Assembly (NCBI GenBank): GCA_963760615.1
Contig: CAVXDX010000007.1
Location: 32,001 to 96,000, forward strand
DNA length: 64,000 nt
Source: an uncultured Candidatus Micrarchaeota archaeon
GTDB taxonomy: Archaea; Micrarchaeota; Micrarchaeia; Burarchaeales; Fermentimicrarchaeaceae
Direction of reading: 5' to 3'
Shown here piece after piece: positions 47,048 through 56,721 of this stretch. Within the stretch, counting starts at the first letter, position 1, and each line of letters opens with the position of its first letter. The position numbers and the translations under genes were made by a program. The notes beneath the pieces were generated by a model. It did no database searches. It saw only the letters and a list, made by a program, of their open reading frames with translations, and was not told the origin of the DNA.

Positions 47048-48157
47048 ATTAAAGTTAATTTCGTTGATTTGAAGAGGCAGTATCTTTCTATTAAAGGTGA
47101 AGTAGATCCGGCTATTTGTGGGGTTATTGACAGCACGCGGTTCATTCTTGGTGAGAATGTTAAGAAATTTGAGGAGGAATTTGCTAGTTACTGCGGAGTA
47201 AAGCATGCTATTGGAGTGGCATCAGGCACTGACGCATTGATGCTCTCCCTCAAGATATTTGGAGTCCAGAGGGGTGACGAGGTAATATCGGTTCCTAACA
47301 CATTTGTTTCAACAATTGATTCCATAGCGCATAACGATGCAACTCCCAAGTTCGTTGAGATAGACCCAAAAACCTTCAACATAGACATCGACAAAATAGA
47401 GGAGAAGATTACCAATAAGACTAAGGCGATAGTGCCTGTTCATCTGTTTGGCCAGACACTTAATATGAAACCAATAATGGAGATTGCCGAGAAATATAAT
47501 CTTAAGGTGCTGGAGGATGCCTGCCAGGCGCACGGTGCAGAATTTGGAGGTAAAAGGACCGGCTCATTCGGCGATGCTGCCTGCTTCAGCTTCTATCCCG
47601 GAAAGAATTTAGGGGCGTACGGTGACGGCGGGATGGTTGTCACAAATGATGGTGAAATAGCAGAGAAAGTTCGGCTGTTCAGGGATTATGGGCAGAAAGC
47701 GAAATATTATCATAGCTTAGTAGGCTACAACAGCAGGCTTGATGAAATTCAGGCAGCTGTGCTGAGAGTTAAGCTGAAGCACCTGGACAAATGGAATAGG
47801 ATGAGAAATGAGAATGCAAAGAAATATGAGAAACTGCTGAAGGACATCCACGAGGTTTCAACGCCCTACAACCCAGGCTATCCTGCGCATGTCTTTCACC
47901 TCTATGTGATAAGGTGCCAGAGAAGAGATGAACTTCAGAAGTGGCTCGGCACAAAAGAGATTTCGGCACTTATGCACTACCCAATTCCTGTTCATCTGCA
48001 GGAATCCTACAAGTATCTTGGGCATAAGGAAGGCGATTTCCCAATATGCGAGAAGTATGCAAAAGAGATTCTCTCGCTTCCAATGTTTCCAGAGCTGAAT
48101 GATGGGGAGATAGCCCATGTCTGCAACAGCATAGGTGAGTTTTACAAGAAACAGTAG
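47048..48157 (+). CDS. DegT/DnrJ/EryC1/StrS aminotransferase (WbpE/WlbC-like); probable ATT start
   Basis: [42 protein letters not shown]-terminus (I)[11 protein letters not shown] extends to 47048. Confidence 0.9.
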   Translation: MKVNFVDLKRQYLSIKGEVDPAICGVIDSTRFILGENVKKFEEEFASYCGVKHAIGVASGTDALMLSLKIFGVQRGDEVISVPNTFVSTIDSIAHNDATPKFVEIDPKTFNIDIDKIEEKITNKTKAIVPVHLFGQTLNMKPIMEIAEKYNLKVLEDACQAHGAEFGGKRTGSFGDAACFSFYPGKNLGAYGDGGMVVTNDGEIAEKVRLFRDYGQKAKYYHSLVGYNSRLDEIQAAVLRVKLKHLDKWNRMRNENAKKYEKLLKDIHEVSTPYNPGYPAHVFHLYVIRCQRRDELQKWLGTKEISALMHYPIPVHLQESYKYLGHKEGDFPICEKYAKEILSLPMFPELNDGEIAHVCNSIGEFYKKQ

Positions 48158-48301
48158 ATTTTGGGCAAGTCGAATACTCATAACGAAAGGCTCGTCCTCC
48201 TTGTAAGACCCGTACTCGTTCCTCTCGGGATAATTAAGGGGGAGTTCCGAGATGATTTATAAACCTTCGATGCTATATCTTAGGCTTAGGAAGGTGATAA
48301 C

Positions 48302-49318
48302 TTGGCGGAACCGTCTGAATCTTTCTGGGCAGACAGAAGCGTTTTCATAACCGGAATAAGCGGTTTTATGGGCTCCCATCTATCCGAGAAGCTGGTTTCC
48401 ATGGGAGCAAAGGTTTATGGCTTGCTGAGGAGGCATGCCGTTCCGCAGTATCCGAACATAACGCATATGAAAGGCAAGATTAAGCTCATTGAGGGAAATC
48501 TTGTTGACCTGCCTTCAATAATAAGCGCGCTTAAGGAAAGCCAGGCATCGGTCCTGTTCCACCTTGCCGCACAGTCCTATGTTCCTCTCAGCTTCCAGGC
48601 TCCCTACGATACTTACAAGACGAACATCATGGGGACTGCAAACGTTCTTGAGGCGCTGAGACATTATGAAGGGATTGAGAAGATGCATTTTGCTGGGAGT
48701 TCGGAAGAGTACGGGCTCGCCATCGAGAGCGAGCTGCCCATAAAGGAGACAAACCCTCTGAGACCTCTTTCACCCTACGCTGCATCAAAAGTTGCCGGGG
48801 ACTATATGTGCTACACACATTTCAAATGTTACAAGCTGCCGGTGGTGAGGACGAGGGCATTTAACCACACTGGACCTAGGAGAGGGTTGCACTTTGTCAC
48901 AAGCATCATAGCAAGGCAGGTTGCCAGAGGGATAAGATTCAAGGAGAAGAAACTTGTGATAGGCAACCCCGAACCGAGGAGGGATTTCTCGGATGTCAGG
49001 GATATACTGAGAGGTTATATGCTGGCAGTTGAAAAAGGCAAGCCCGGAGAAGTTTACAACCTCGGCAGCGGCAAAAGCAGAGGCATTGGGGACCTTGCAA
49101 AGATGGCAATAGAGATTGGCGGTCTTAAAGGAAAGATGACTGTGGGAATCGACAAGAGTAGATACAGACCTTCGGAAGTCATGATTCTGCAGTGCGATTA
49201 CTCAAAGGCAAAAAAAGAGCTGGGCTGGGAACCTAGGATACCGCTTGAGAAAACCATGAAAGACCTGATAGACTATTTCTTGGAGAACGAGAATCTTCTC
49301 AAAATAGAGGAATACTGA
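48302..49318 (+). CDS. gmd: GDP-mannose 4,6-dehydratase
   Basis: ITGISGFMG, HLAAQSYV, AGSSEEYG, PLSPYAASK, RAFNHTGPRR, RDFSDVRD. Confidence 0.8.
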   Translation: MAEPSESFWADRSVFITGISGFMGSHLSEKLVSMGAKVYGLLRRHAVPQYPNITHMKGKIKLIEGNLVDLPSIISALKESQASVLFHLAAQSYVPLSFQAPYDTYKTNIMGTANVLEALRHYEGIEKMHFAGSSEEYGLAIESELPIKETNPLRPLSPYAASKVAGDYMCYTHFKCYKLPVVRTRAFNHTGPRRGLHFVTSIIARQVARGIRFKEKKLVIGNPEPRRDFSDVRDILRGYMLAVEKGKPGEVYNLGSGKSRGIGDLAKMAIEIGGLKGKMTVGIDKSRYRPSEVMILQCDYSKAKKELGWEPRIPLEKTMKDLIDYFLENENLLKIEEY

Positions 49319-50169
49319 TGGAGTGGAGCGGCAAACGCATCCTCGTGACTGGTGGAGACGGGTTTATAGGCTCGCACCTAGTCCCAAAGCTGGAGGAGTT
49401 GGGAGCCGAAGTTACTGTTGCGAGCAAAAACAAGAGTGGGAGCGGAAAGTTCATCAGCATTGACGTCACAAGCTCGTCCCTGAATCTTAAGAAATACGAT
49501 GCTGTCTTCCATCTTGCGGGAATTGCTGACCCGAGAGCCTGCGAAGAGAATCCCGGGCAGGCCTTTCTTGTGAATTCCTACGGAAGCCTGAATGTCATGG
49601 AGGCGTGCAGGAGGAGCGGTGTTGAGAGAATCCTGCTGAGCTCATCTGCGCATGTATACGGAATACCGCAGTACACGCCAATTGATGAGAAGCATCCTCT
49701 CAAGCCAGTTTCAGCCTATGGACGGAGCAAGGTTGCTGCCGAGCAAATATGCGAAGAATACGGAGCAACCATCCTGAGATTCTTCAATATATACGGAGAG
49801 GAGCAGAGGGGGGACTACCTCATTCCGACGATTATATCGAACCTTGATAAAGAAAGCATAACCCTCAGGAACCTGGATTCCAAGAGGGATTTTATATATG
49901 TTGATGATGTTGTTGATGCAATGCTTCTTGCACTTCATCACCCTAATGAATGCTTCAATATAGGAAGCGGCAGAGGATACGGCTCGCAGGAGATTGCGGA
50001 GCTGCTCTTCAAGATAAGCGGTAAAAAGCCGAGGCTGGCCAGCCTTAACAGACCCGACAGCGTGCCGGTTCTTATTGCGGACATAGGCAAGGCGAAGAAG
50101 GAGCTGGGCTGGGAGCCGAAAGTTAAGCTGGAGGAGGGATTGAGAAGGGTTTACGGTGGTTTTGGATGA
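49318..50169 (+). CDS. NAD-dependent epimerase/reductase (Rmd-like)
   Basis: TGGDGFIG, SSAHVYG, YGRSK, RDFIYVDD; directly after gmd. Confidence 0.75.
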   Translation: MEWSGKRILVTGGDGFIGSHLVPKLEELGAEVTVASKNKSGSGKFISIDVTSSSLNLKKYDAVFHLAGIADPRACEENPGQAFLVNSYGSLNVMEACRRSGVERILLSSSAHVYGIPQYTPIDEKHPLKPVSAYGRSKVAAEQICEEYGATILRFFNIYGEEQRGDYLIPTIISNLDKESITLRNLDSKRDFIYVDDVVDAMLLALHHPNECFNIGSGRGYGSQEIAELLFKISGKKPRLASLNRPDSVPVLIADIGKAKKELGWEPKVKLEEGLRRVYGGFG

Positions 50170-51296
50170 GACTTGCTATTGCACATCCATTCCTCAGGCT
50201 GAGGGGAGGGGCGGAGAGGGTAGTCCTCAAAATTGCAAAGCACTTTGATGCAAAGGTGTATTGCTCAATATACGAGCCCGAGAATACATTCCCGGAGTTC
50301 AAGGATGTTGACGTTGAGGTGATTGGAAGCGGGCTGTGGCCTTTTGCTTCTCTCCTCCCGGCAAGAGTTGGCAGTGCAGCAGTTGCAGGGGAACAGTTCT
50401 ATTTCAAGGAGCTTGACAATTATGATGTGATAAACGCCCAGGGCACACCTTCGGAGTGGATAAGGAACAAGAACAGCCCAGTGGTGTGGTACTGCTTCTC
50501 TCCAAACAGGGAGGCATTTGATTTGTATGAGTGGAGAATGAAGAGAAGAAATCTTTTCCAGAAGGCGCTCTACTGGTCCTTCCTACAGCCATACAGAAAA
50601 ATAGAACTTTCAGTAGTCCCAAAGATAGAGCATATTTTTGCGATAAGTAAGAATGTTCAGATTAGGATAAGGAGGTATCTTGGCAGGGAATCAGAAATTC
50701 TCATGCCCGGCGTGGATTATGAGGAGTTCCGCGGGGGGGAGTACGAGAAGTACTTCTTCTACCCCTCGAGAATTGCCCCTGAGAAGAATTTTGAGATGGC
50801 AATAGAGGCATTCAAGATGTTCAGGAGGAAGCATAAGGAGTGGAAGTTTATAATTGCAGGTTCACTGGACAGGAACAGGCCGGAGCATGTCGAATACTAT
50901 AACAAAATAAAGAATATTCTTGGAAATGAAGGAAGGATAATGCTGAATTTACCAGCAGAGAAAATTGTTGGGTTATACTCAAACTGCTTCTGCGTTTTGT
51001 ATACGCCTATAAATGAGGATTACGGACTTATACCGCTTGAGGCATTCGCCTCCTCCAAGCCGTGCATAGCAATAAACCAAGGCGGGCCGAGGGAGCTTGT
51101 GAAAGAAGGAGTCGGCTACCTCGTTGATGATGTCGCAGGGATGGTCGGAAAGATGGAATACCTAACTGGGCATCCTTCCGAGACCGAGAGGATGGGCAAG
51201 GCTGCAAGGAAGTATGTTGAGAAGCAATTCTCATGGAAGCAATTCCTGAAAAGGTTTGGGGAAGTCTGCCTCAAGCTATCCAAAGAGAGGACCTAG
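50166..51296 (+). CDS. GT4 glycosyltransferase (ALG2-like)
   Basis: GGAERV, SRIAPEKN, EDYGLIPLEAF. Confidence 0.88.
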   Translation: MRLAIAHPFLRLRGGAERVVLKIAKHFDAKVYCSIYEPENTFPEFKDVDVEVIGSGLWPFASLLPARVGSAAVAGEQFYFKELDNYDVINAQGTPSEWIRNKNSPVVWYCFSPNREAFDLYEWRMKRRNLFQKALYWSFLQPYRKIELSVVPKIEHIFAISKNVQIRIRRYLGRESEILMPGVDYEEFRGGEYEKYFFYPSRIAPEKNFEMAIEAFKMFRRKHKEWKFIIAGSLDRNRPEHVEYYNKIKNILGNEGRIMLNLPAEKIVGLYSNCFCVLYTPINEDYGLIPLEAFASSKPCIAINQGGPRELVKEGVGYLVDDVAGMVGKMEYLTGHPSETERMGKAARKYVEKQFSWKQFLKRFGEVCLKLSKERT

Positions 51297-52744
51297 TTTT
51301 ACGAAAGAGAGCAATGCATTTATCAGTCTTTTGTCATCAGCATCCAGAAGCGGCAGGTATACAAGGCAGAAAATTGCCCCAGCTATGAGGAAAAGCACCA
51401 CTGTGCTGCCTATAAGTGGGTTAAGCAGAATTATCACCGCTGCAACTAGGATGGATGCCAGAGTCGGTTTTAGGAAATGCATTTTGTTGAAGCCTATCCT
51501 AAGCATTCTTAATGACGAGCGGATGAGAAGAGCAAACTGGAACACTTGAGATAGGACGAAGGTGAGGGCAGTTCCAACAAGCCCATACTGCGAGATGAGG
51601 TAGAAGCCGGCAAGCCATGTGAACAGGTATGTCAGAAACACTATGATAGTAAGCTCTTTCATTTTTCCCTTGCTCATGAAAAGATTGGCGCAAATCCCAT
51701 TTAGGAACATGAAAGGTATAATCGGACTGAGCACTCTCAAAGACTGCGCTGCCGGCAGGTAGCTCTGGGGCCATAGAAAGAATATTATTCGGTTTGCAGT
51801 CAGGTAAACCAAAAATGAGAGGGGGATGGAGGCAAGCAACCCATACTTTATGCTCCTGTCAAAAACCCTCCTCTGCAGTTCCATCTCCTTCTTCGCCTCC
51901 ATCTTAACAAGGATGGACAGCAAAAACGTTGAGGAAAGCGGAAGGAGGGAGACGAGAAGAAAAACTACGGAACTGCTCACAGTGAATAGCGCAAGTTCAT
52001 CGGCCCGCGGAAGTAGTTTAGCATTATTGAGTCAATGTTACTGGAAAGAAGACTGGCCATGGTAAGTATTGCCGAGAAGAAAAAGAACGAGTTGATTTTT
52101 CTAGTCTTTGTGGGTACGTAGGTCAAATCCACCTTGAACCTGAATATGAAGAGCAGCAGCGCGGCAATAGTGGCCAGCAGAAACGCAAGCAGCACGCCAG
52201 CTGTTATCGTAACCAGATTGGAGCCGAAGAGCAGAACGAGGATGAGCGGGAATACCACCTTGGAGCCATTGAACGCCATGGAAATTAGTGATGAGTATTC
52301 AAAACGCCCTATGGCGACGAAAAGGTAGTTTATGAACATACTGACAGAGTAGAGAATGGTGAGTGCTCCCAAAGTCTGCATGACATAGGTAAACTGTTCA
52401 TCATGGAGAAAGAATTTGGCGAGGGATGCGGGAAAAAGGATGAGCGCCATGCTTATCAGTATAAGGGTGGCAAGCTTCCACCTCAGCAGATAGCGCACGT
52501 AGAAGCCAGCATGCCCATCCCTTGAATGGAAGCTCTCCCCCACAATCTTTATGAGTGTGTTCGAAACTCCCAGGTCGCCTATTCCGGTAAAGAGCAGCGC
52601 GAAAGCAATAAGGGTGCTGAACACGCCGAAATCCGTCTGACTAAGCAGTCTTGTGAAGAGCAGGGATACCACCACCCCAGAAATAAGGACAGTCACAGGG
52701 GTGATAAGCGCATATATGTTCTGCTCTATGAGCTCCTTCATCAT
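51276..52744 (-). CDS. MOP/Wzx-type flippase, frameshifted at about 52004-52006
   Basis: DFGVFS...DLGVSNTLIK; SNIDSIMLNYFRG continues as ADELALFTVSSSVV... if one G is added; 12-14 TM pattern across both parts. Confidence 0.85.
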
Positions 52745-52812
52745 TAGGTATGTATTCTCCTGAGAGGTTTAAAAAATAGATTGAAAAAAGAAAAAGCCGG
52801 TAGGTGCCTGAC

Positions 52813-53160
52813 CTAGAACCTGAAAAGCACCCTTGCCAGAACTACAATGACTAGTATTGCCAGCAAGTAGCCGGGAGCCCTTTCTGAAATCTCTTTCACT
52901 CCCCTGTAATAGAATATATACAGCGTAGAGGATGAGAAGGAGAGAATAAACAGAACAAGTAGGTGCGGTATCTCGCCGTTCCTTATCTCCTCCCATGGAG
53001 AACCTTGGAAAAGATTAATTTCATTCACTATTTCGACAATCATCCAGAGCGATATGGTGATAATGATGGAAAGCAGCACTAAGCCTAGCAGCACAGTCCT
53101 AAGCTTCCTCTTTCTATTCTCTCCTGTGACTCTGTCATAGATTTTCGTTCTTATCCTCAT
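52813..53160 (-). CDS. small 3-TM membrane protein downstream of the VirB4-like gene
   Basis: Basic N-terminus then hydrophobic segments; ATG 53160 is 1 nt after the virB4 stop. Confidence 0.6.
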   Translation of the reverse strand: MRIRTKIYDRVTGENRKRKLRTVLLGLVLLSIIITISLWMIVEIVNEINLFQGSPWEEIRNGEIPHLLVLFILSFSSSTLYIFYYRGVKEISERAPGYLLAILVIVVLARVLFRF

Positions 53161-53161
53161 C

Positions 53162-55813
53162 TCACTCAACTCCCTTATCCTCAGGGTGCGTTGTGAAGAG
53201 CCTGTACTCTTCGCTTGCAACAATGTTTTTGAGAGGTATGAAGGTGTTGTTAACGAAGAAAAGCCCGCTCCCGGGCTCCGCAGTCAGCAGGTAATTCTTT
53301 GTTGTCTCGTTAAGCTTGAATGTTGCAGCAACATCGTCTATTATTGACGGCTTCATTCTCAGCAGGAGCTGCCAGGAGGAGTTTGCCATCACCGCCTTGC
53401 CTGCCTTGTTTGTGAGCAGGTCGTACACATCCTGCGTTATGAGAACAAGTCCCATGTTGTGGTGCCTGCATGTTTTGACTATATTCAGGATATAGCCCTC
53501 CTCGCTTTCAGTCTGTAGAAGCTTCCACGCCTCATCAACTACAAGCATCTTCTTCCTAAGGTCTTTCTTCATCCTGTTGTACACGAACTCCAGTATGATG
53601 AACATGAGTATTCTTCTGACCTCCTTTGGCAGCTGACCTATCTTGAATGTTATGAACCTCCAATCAAGCTTCTTTATGTTGGTCTGCCTGTTTATGAATG
53701 AGTAGGAGCCTTTAACAAACCTCCTGAGGGAGGAGGAGATGGCAGTTGCAGCCTCTGCTCGCTTGGCAAAGCTGCTTTTTCTTTCTTTCTCCACATAGCT
53801 GTACAAATCTGAGAGCGTTGGGGCTTCCTTACCCCATGTTTTCGGGTCATGAGTTATGCCCCTTGCCGCGTATATGCTCTCAAATGCCTCATCCAACAGA
53901 TCCTTCATATCGTCCGTGAGTTCTGAGACAAAGAACCTCATCAAAGCGTGGAGGAAGAACAGTTTTTCCTCATAACTCTGCTCGGTTATTTGGAACGGGT
54001 TTATGAATGCATCCGAGTCCTCGGAGAATTCAATTATCTTTCCTCCAAGGCTTGTGGTTAGAGTCTCGTATTCGCCCTCCTCGCTGGGGTCGAGCACAAT
54101 CACGTCTATGCCCTGCTGCAGGGCTCTGCTGAGTATTGTTTTGACCGCAAATGACTTCCCACTGCCCGACATGCCAAGAGCTAGCCCATTTGCATTCTCA
54201 AATGATTTGGAGAATATATCGCAGATTATGGGCATGCCGTCAAGCTGGTTTTCACCAAAGAGAATGCCTTTGGGTTGTGGCTCCAGGTATGCGCTTACAA
54301 ATGGGAAGGATGCAGCCAGAGAAGAGGAAGTCATGTTCCTGCCAACATTGAGCAACTTGTAGCCAAGGGGAGCGCAGCTCCTGAAGCCGGCATCCATCTT
54401 CTCATAGGCAATCTGCGGCTTGAGCCTAATTTCATTGAGCTTGGAAACAACAGTATCTGTAAGCAAATCAAGCTTCTCAAGGCTGTCTGATTCCACGCAT
54501 ACATACAGGGAGAAGAGGAACGCTCTCTCCGAGCCTGATGTCAGCATCTCTATGAGCTGCTCTGTGCCTTTGCGCTGTATTCTTGCTGAGTAGGGAACGA
54601 GTTTGCCTGCAGCCTCATCTGTGGCTATATCTATGGCCTGCTTCTCCAGCACTTTATTGTAGTATTCGAGCACTGAGGAGAAGTTTGTGGGCTGGAGGTA
54701 CATCGATATATGGAATACTCCCCTAGTTATCATGAGAGGTTCTAGGAAGGCAGGGGCTACCAAATCAGGGTAACCGGCAACAGCTATGGTGCGGTAGAAC
54801 TTGTTGTTTATCTGAATGTGATCTCTGCCGGTGTTTATGTATGATGGAGCAACTAGAGTTGAGAGCATTGAGGTGGGAGTGCTGTAGTCAATCCTGCTCT
54901 TGCTGAAGTTCGAAAGATCCTTTACCTCCTCTCTCAATGATTCCCACTTCCTCCTCCAATCCGCCGTAAGAGTTATGGGAGCCAGGTAGCTAGAATTGAA
55001 CTCTGAAAGCGGCGAGAAGAATGAGGAGTAGAGCAGGATTATTCCGTCGTCATTAACCCTCTTTGGGATCAACCCGACATTTGTCAAGCCGTGCATAACA
55101 ATCTGTACTCTTTGCTCCAGGATGCTCAACCTTTCTCTTTCATCCTTCCCCTCATTCCTGCCTGTGCTGACGACAGCGTTGAAGGTTCTGTACATGCTCC
55201 GCTCCTCGCGCACTCTTGTCCTGAGGAATGATTCAAAGGATTTGGAGAATCTCGTGAGACGCGGGTCCTTCGTCTCATCAGCCATTTTTCTCAGGTTATC
55301 AAAGAACTCATTTAGGTTGAGCTGGTGGGTTTTAACAACTACCTGCAATGGGATTGCATCGGAAGAGGAGGAGCCTGAGAGTGAGTCAAGGAAATTCTTG
55401 TAGGATTCAAAGACCGCATTCTGCTGTTTCTCATCAAGCACGGAAAAGTTCATGGGCTGCACTTGTATGATCGCCTTCAGATCCCCATTCTTCATGCGGG
55501 CAACCCCATCATGTATGTCCGCGACATCGATGAACTCCAGAGCCCTCTCATCGAGAAAGCCAATTCTCTTGGGAGAGCGCAGGTATGAGATTTTTGTTGA
55601 AGCCCATCTCTCAAGGTTGAGGAATGTGAAGGCCATCCCAAGTATTGCAATGAGCAGGATGAGAAGATACCTCAGAGTTCCCAGAAACTCAAGCTCCGAG
55701 TAGACAAGAAACTCTGTGAATAGGGTCAGAAGGACATATATGACCTGCCTTCTCCTAAGCCCGAATACGATTACCTCTTCGTAATCCCCAACCTCCTTGG
55801 GGATTTTCACCAT
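53162..55813 (-). CDS. virB4: PrgI-like + TraC-like + VirB4 family ATPase fusion
   Basis: N-terminal VKIPKEV..YEE...FGL.RRQ with TMs (PrgI-like); DIHDG...MNFSVL.E..Q...FLDSL..PLQV middle domain; FRSCAPLG, RNMTSSSLAASFPF, Walker A GMSGSGKS, DPSEEGEY, Walker B VVDEAW, LITQD. Confidence 0.85.
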   Translation of the reverse strand: MVKIPKEVGDYEEVIVFGLRRRQVIYVLLTLFTEFLVYSELEFLGTLRYLLILLIAILGMAFTFLNLERWASTKISYLRSPKRIGFLDERALEFIDVADIHDGVARMKNGDLKAIIQVQPMNFSVLDEKQQNAVFESYKNFLDSLSGSSSSDAIPLQVVVKTHQLNLNEFFDNLRKMADETKDPRLTRFSKSFESFLRTRVREERSMYRTFNAVVSTGRNEGKDERERLSILEQRVQIVMHGLTNVGLIPKRVNDDGIILLYSSFFSPLSEFNSSYLAPITLTADWRRKWESLREEVKDLSNFSKSRIDYSTPTSMLSTLVAPSYINTGRDHIQINNKFYRTIAVAGYPDLVAPAFLEPLMITRGVFHISMYLQPTNFSSVLEYYNKVLEKQAIDIATDEAAGKLVPYSARIQRKGTEQLIEMLTSGSERAFLFSLYVCVESDSLEKLDLLTDTVVSKLNEIRLKPQIAYEKMDAGFRSCAPLGYKLLNVGRNMTSSSLAASFPFVSAYLEPQPKGILFGENQLDGMPIICDIFSKSFENANGLALGMSGSGKSFAVKTILSRALQQGIDVIVLDPSEEGEYETLTTSLGGKIIEFSEDSDAFINPFQITEQSYEEKLFFLHALMRFFVSELTDDMKDLLDEAFESIYAARGITHDPKTWGKEAPTLSDLYSYVEKERKSSFAKRAEAATAISSSLRRFVKGSYSFINRQTNIKKLDWRFITFKIGQLPKEVRRILMFIILEFVYNRMKKDLRKKMLVVDEAWKLLQTESEEGYILNIVKTCRHHNMGLVLITQDVYDLLTNKAGKAVMANSSWQLLLRMKPSIIDDVAATFKLNETTKNYLLTAEPGSGLFFVNNTFIPLKNIVASEEYRLFTTHPEDKGVE

Positions 55814-55896
55814 CAACTCACCACCCAGTTATTTATCGTAGAGAAGGAATATTAAGGTTGCTCTAGCCAGCACAATGTGTAGCACGTATTAATTAA

Positions 55897-55923
55897 GCAC
55901 TTTCTTGTGCCATAAGAAATGCT
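55897..55923. terminator. possible hairpin downstream of the M15 peptidase gene
   Basis: gcactttctt-gtgcccat-aagaaatgc inverted repeat with one bulge. Confidence 0.3.
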
Positions 55924-55944
55924 CTTGATTCAAAGCTGCATTTA

Positions 55945-56616
55945 TTAGCAGTACCGTAGATTGGAGTTAGTCCCTCCATGACCCCAGTCCATGTGAACGT
56001 AGCTATAGACACGTGTACCTGTGTAGTCATACGGTTCCACCCAAGCTCCGCTTTGATTCGCTGCCCTAGCAAGGTTATTCCAGCCTGCACAAGTCCCATC
56101 AGTGTAAATATCTGCAGCATCGCCGTACACATGCCTGCTATTTGTTGCACCATCAACGGCTGCATTCCTTGCAGGATTTCTATAAGCGCTTGAAACACTC
56201 ATTGAGTGCCCATAATTAGTGCGAGTAGCCTCAAGTCCATTGAGGAGCGATTGTTTAATTATTGCCCAGCTATAATCACCAGTATTAAGTGAAGCAAAAC
56301 TGAAATGGTCGCTATGCGCAGTTTGAGTAAAATCACTGCATGTTGGAATCCAACTTACACCATAAGTTTTATACTCTGCAATAATAGTGTCCCTTACATC
56401 TCCGCAACTTGTTGTATTTCCACCACCTCCGCCTCCGCCACCGCCACCGCCGCCACCGCCTCCGCCGCCGCAGCCAAACAGGACTAGAGGTTTCATAATG
56501 CCATCACCTTTAACAATACTCATCATACAGGGCATACCGCTGACTAAGGTCGTGGCAGCAATCATCAGTAAAGAAGTGAAGAGTAGCATACGGATTGGCG
56601 TATGATATTTTCTCAT
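55945..56616 (-). CDS. secreted peptidase M15 family zinc peptidase (D-Ala-D-Ala carboxypeptidase-like) with poly-Gly linker
   Basis: Hydrophobic signal; SAYRNPARN, SRHVYGDAADI (H, D zinc ligands) and VHMD (third ligand). Confidence 0.85.
   Translation of the reverse strand: MRKYHTPIRMLLFTSLLMIAATTLVSGMPCMMSIVKGDGIMKPLVLFGCGGGGGGGGGGGGGGGGGNTTSCGDVRDTIIAEYKTYGVSWIPTCSDFTQTAHSDHFSFASLNTGDYSWAIIKQSLLNGLEATRTNYGHSMSVSSAYRNPARNAAVDGATNSRHVYGDAADIYTDGTCAGWNNLARAANQSGAWVEPYDYTGTRVYSYVHMDWGHGGTNSNLRYC
56419..56469 (-). repeat. 17 consecutive Gly codons
   Basis: Mixed GGC/GGT/GGA codons, so a protein-level poly-Gly rather than a pure DNA microsatellite. Confidence 0.95.
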
Positions 56617-56721
56617 AAGGACACCTCCAGTAATAGAGTAATTTACTATATATTTAAGCTTTTTGATTCCGTAGTTGGTATACGAATACGCATTAGCTAT
56701 TTTGGCTTGAATATTTCAGTT

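Noticed and set aside
48158-48301. Possible structured ncRNA or ribozyme (CTCGGGA/TTCCGAG stem)
   Set aside because: Only one short stem; no hammerhead, HDV or C/D box consensus could be established
3709-52744. Phase variation as the explanation for the four frameshifts
   Set aside because: Runs are only 2-4 nt, too short for typical slippage, and one affected gene is housekeeping pelota; assembly error is more parsimonious
52769-52996. 75-aa alternative minus-strand ORF
   Set aside because: Overlaps the better-supported, coupled 3-TM gene in another frame
55893-56198. 101-aa minus-strand ORF overlapping the M15 gene
   Set aside because: Alternative frame of a gene with clear catalytic motifs; no motifs of its own
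56387-56605. Poly-Pro ORF on the plus strand
   Set aside because: Antisense shadow of the poly-Gly tract
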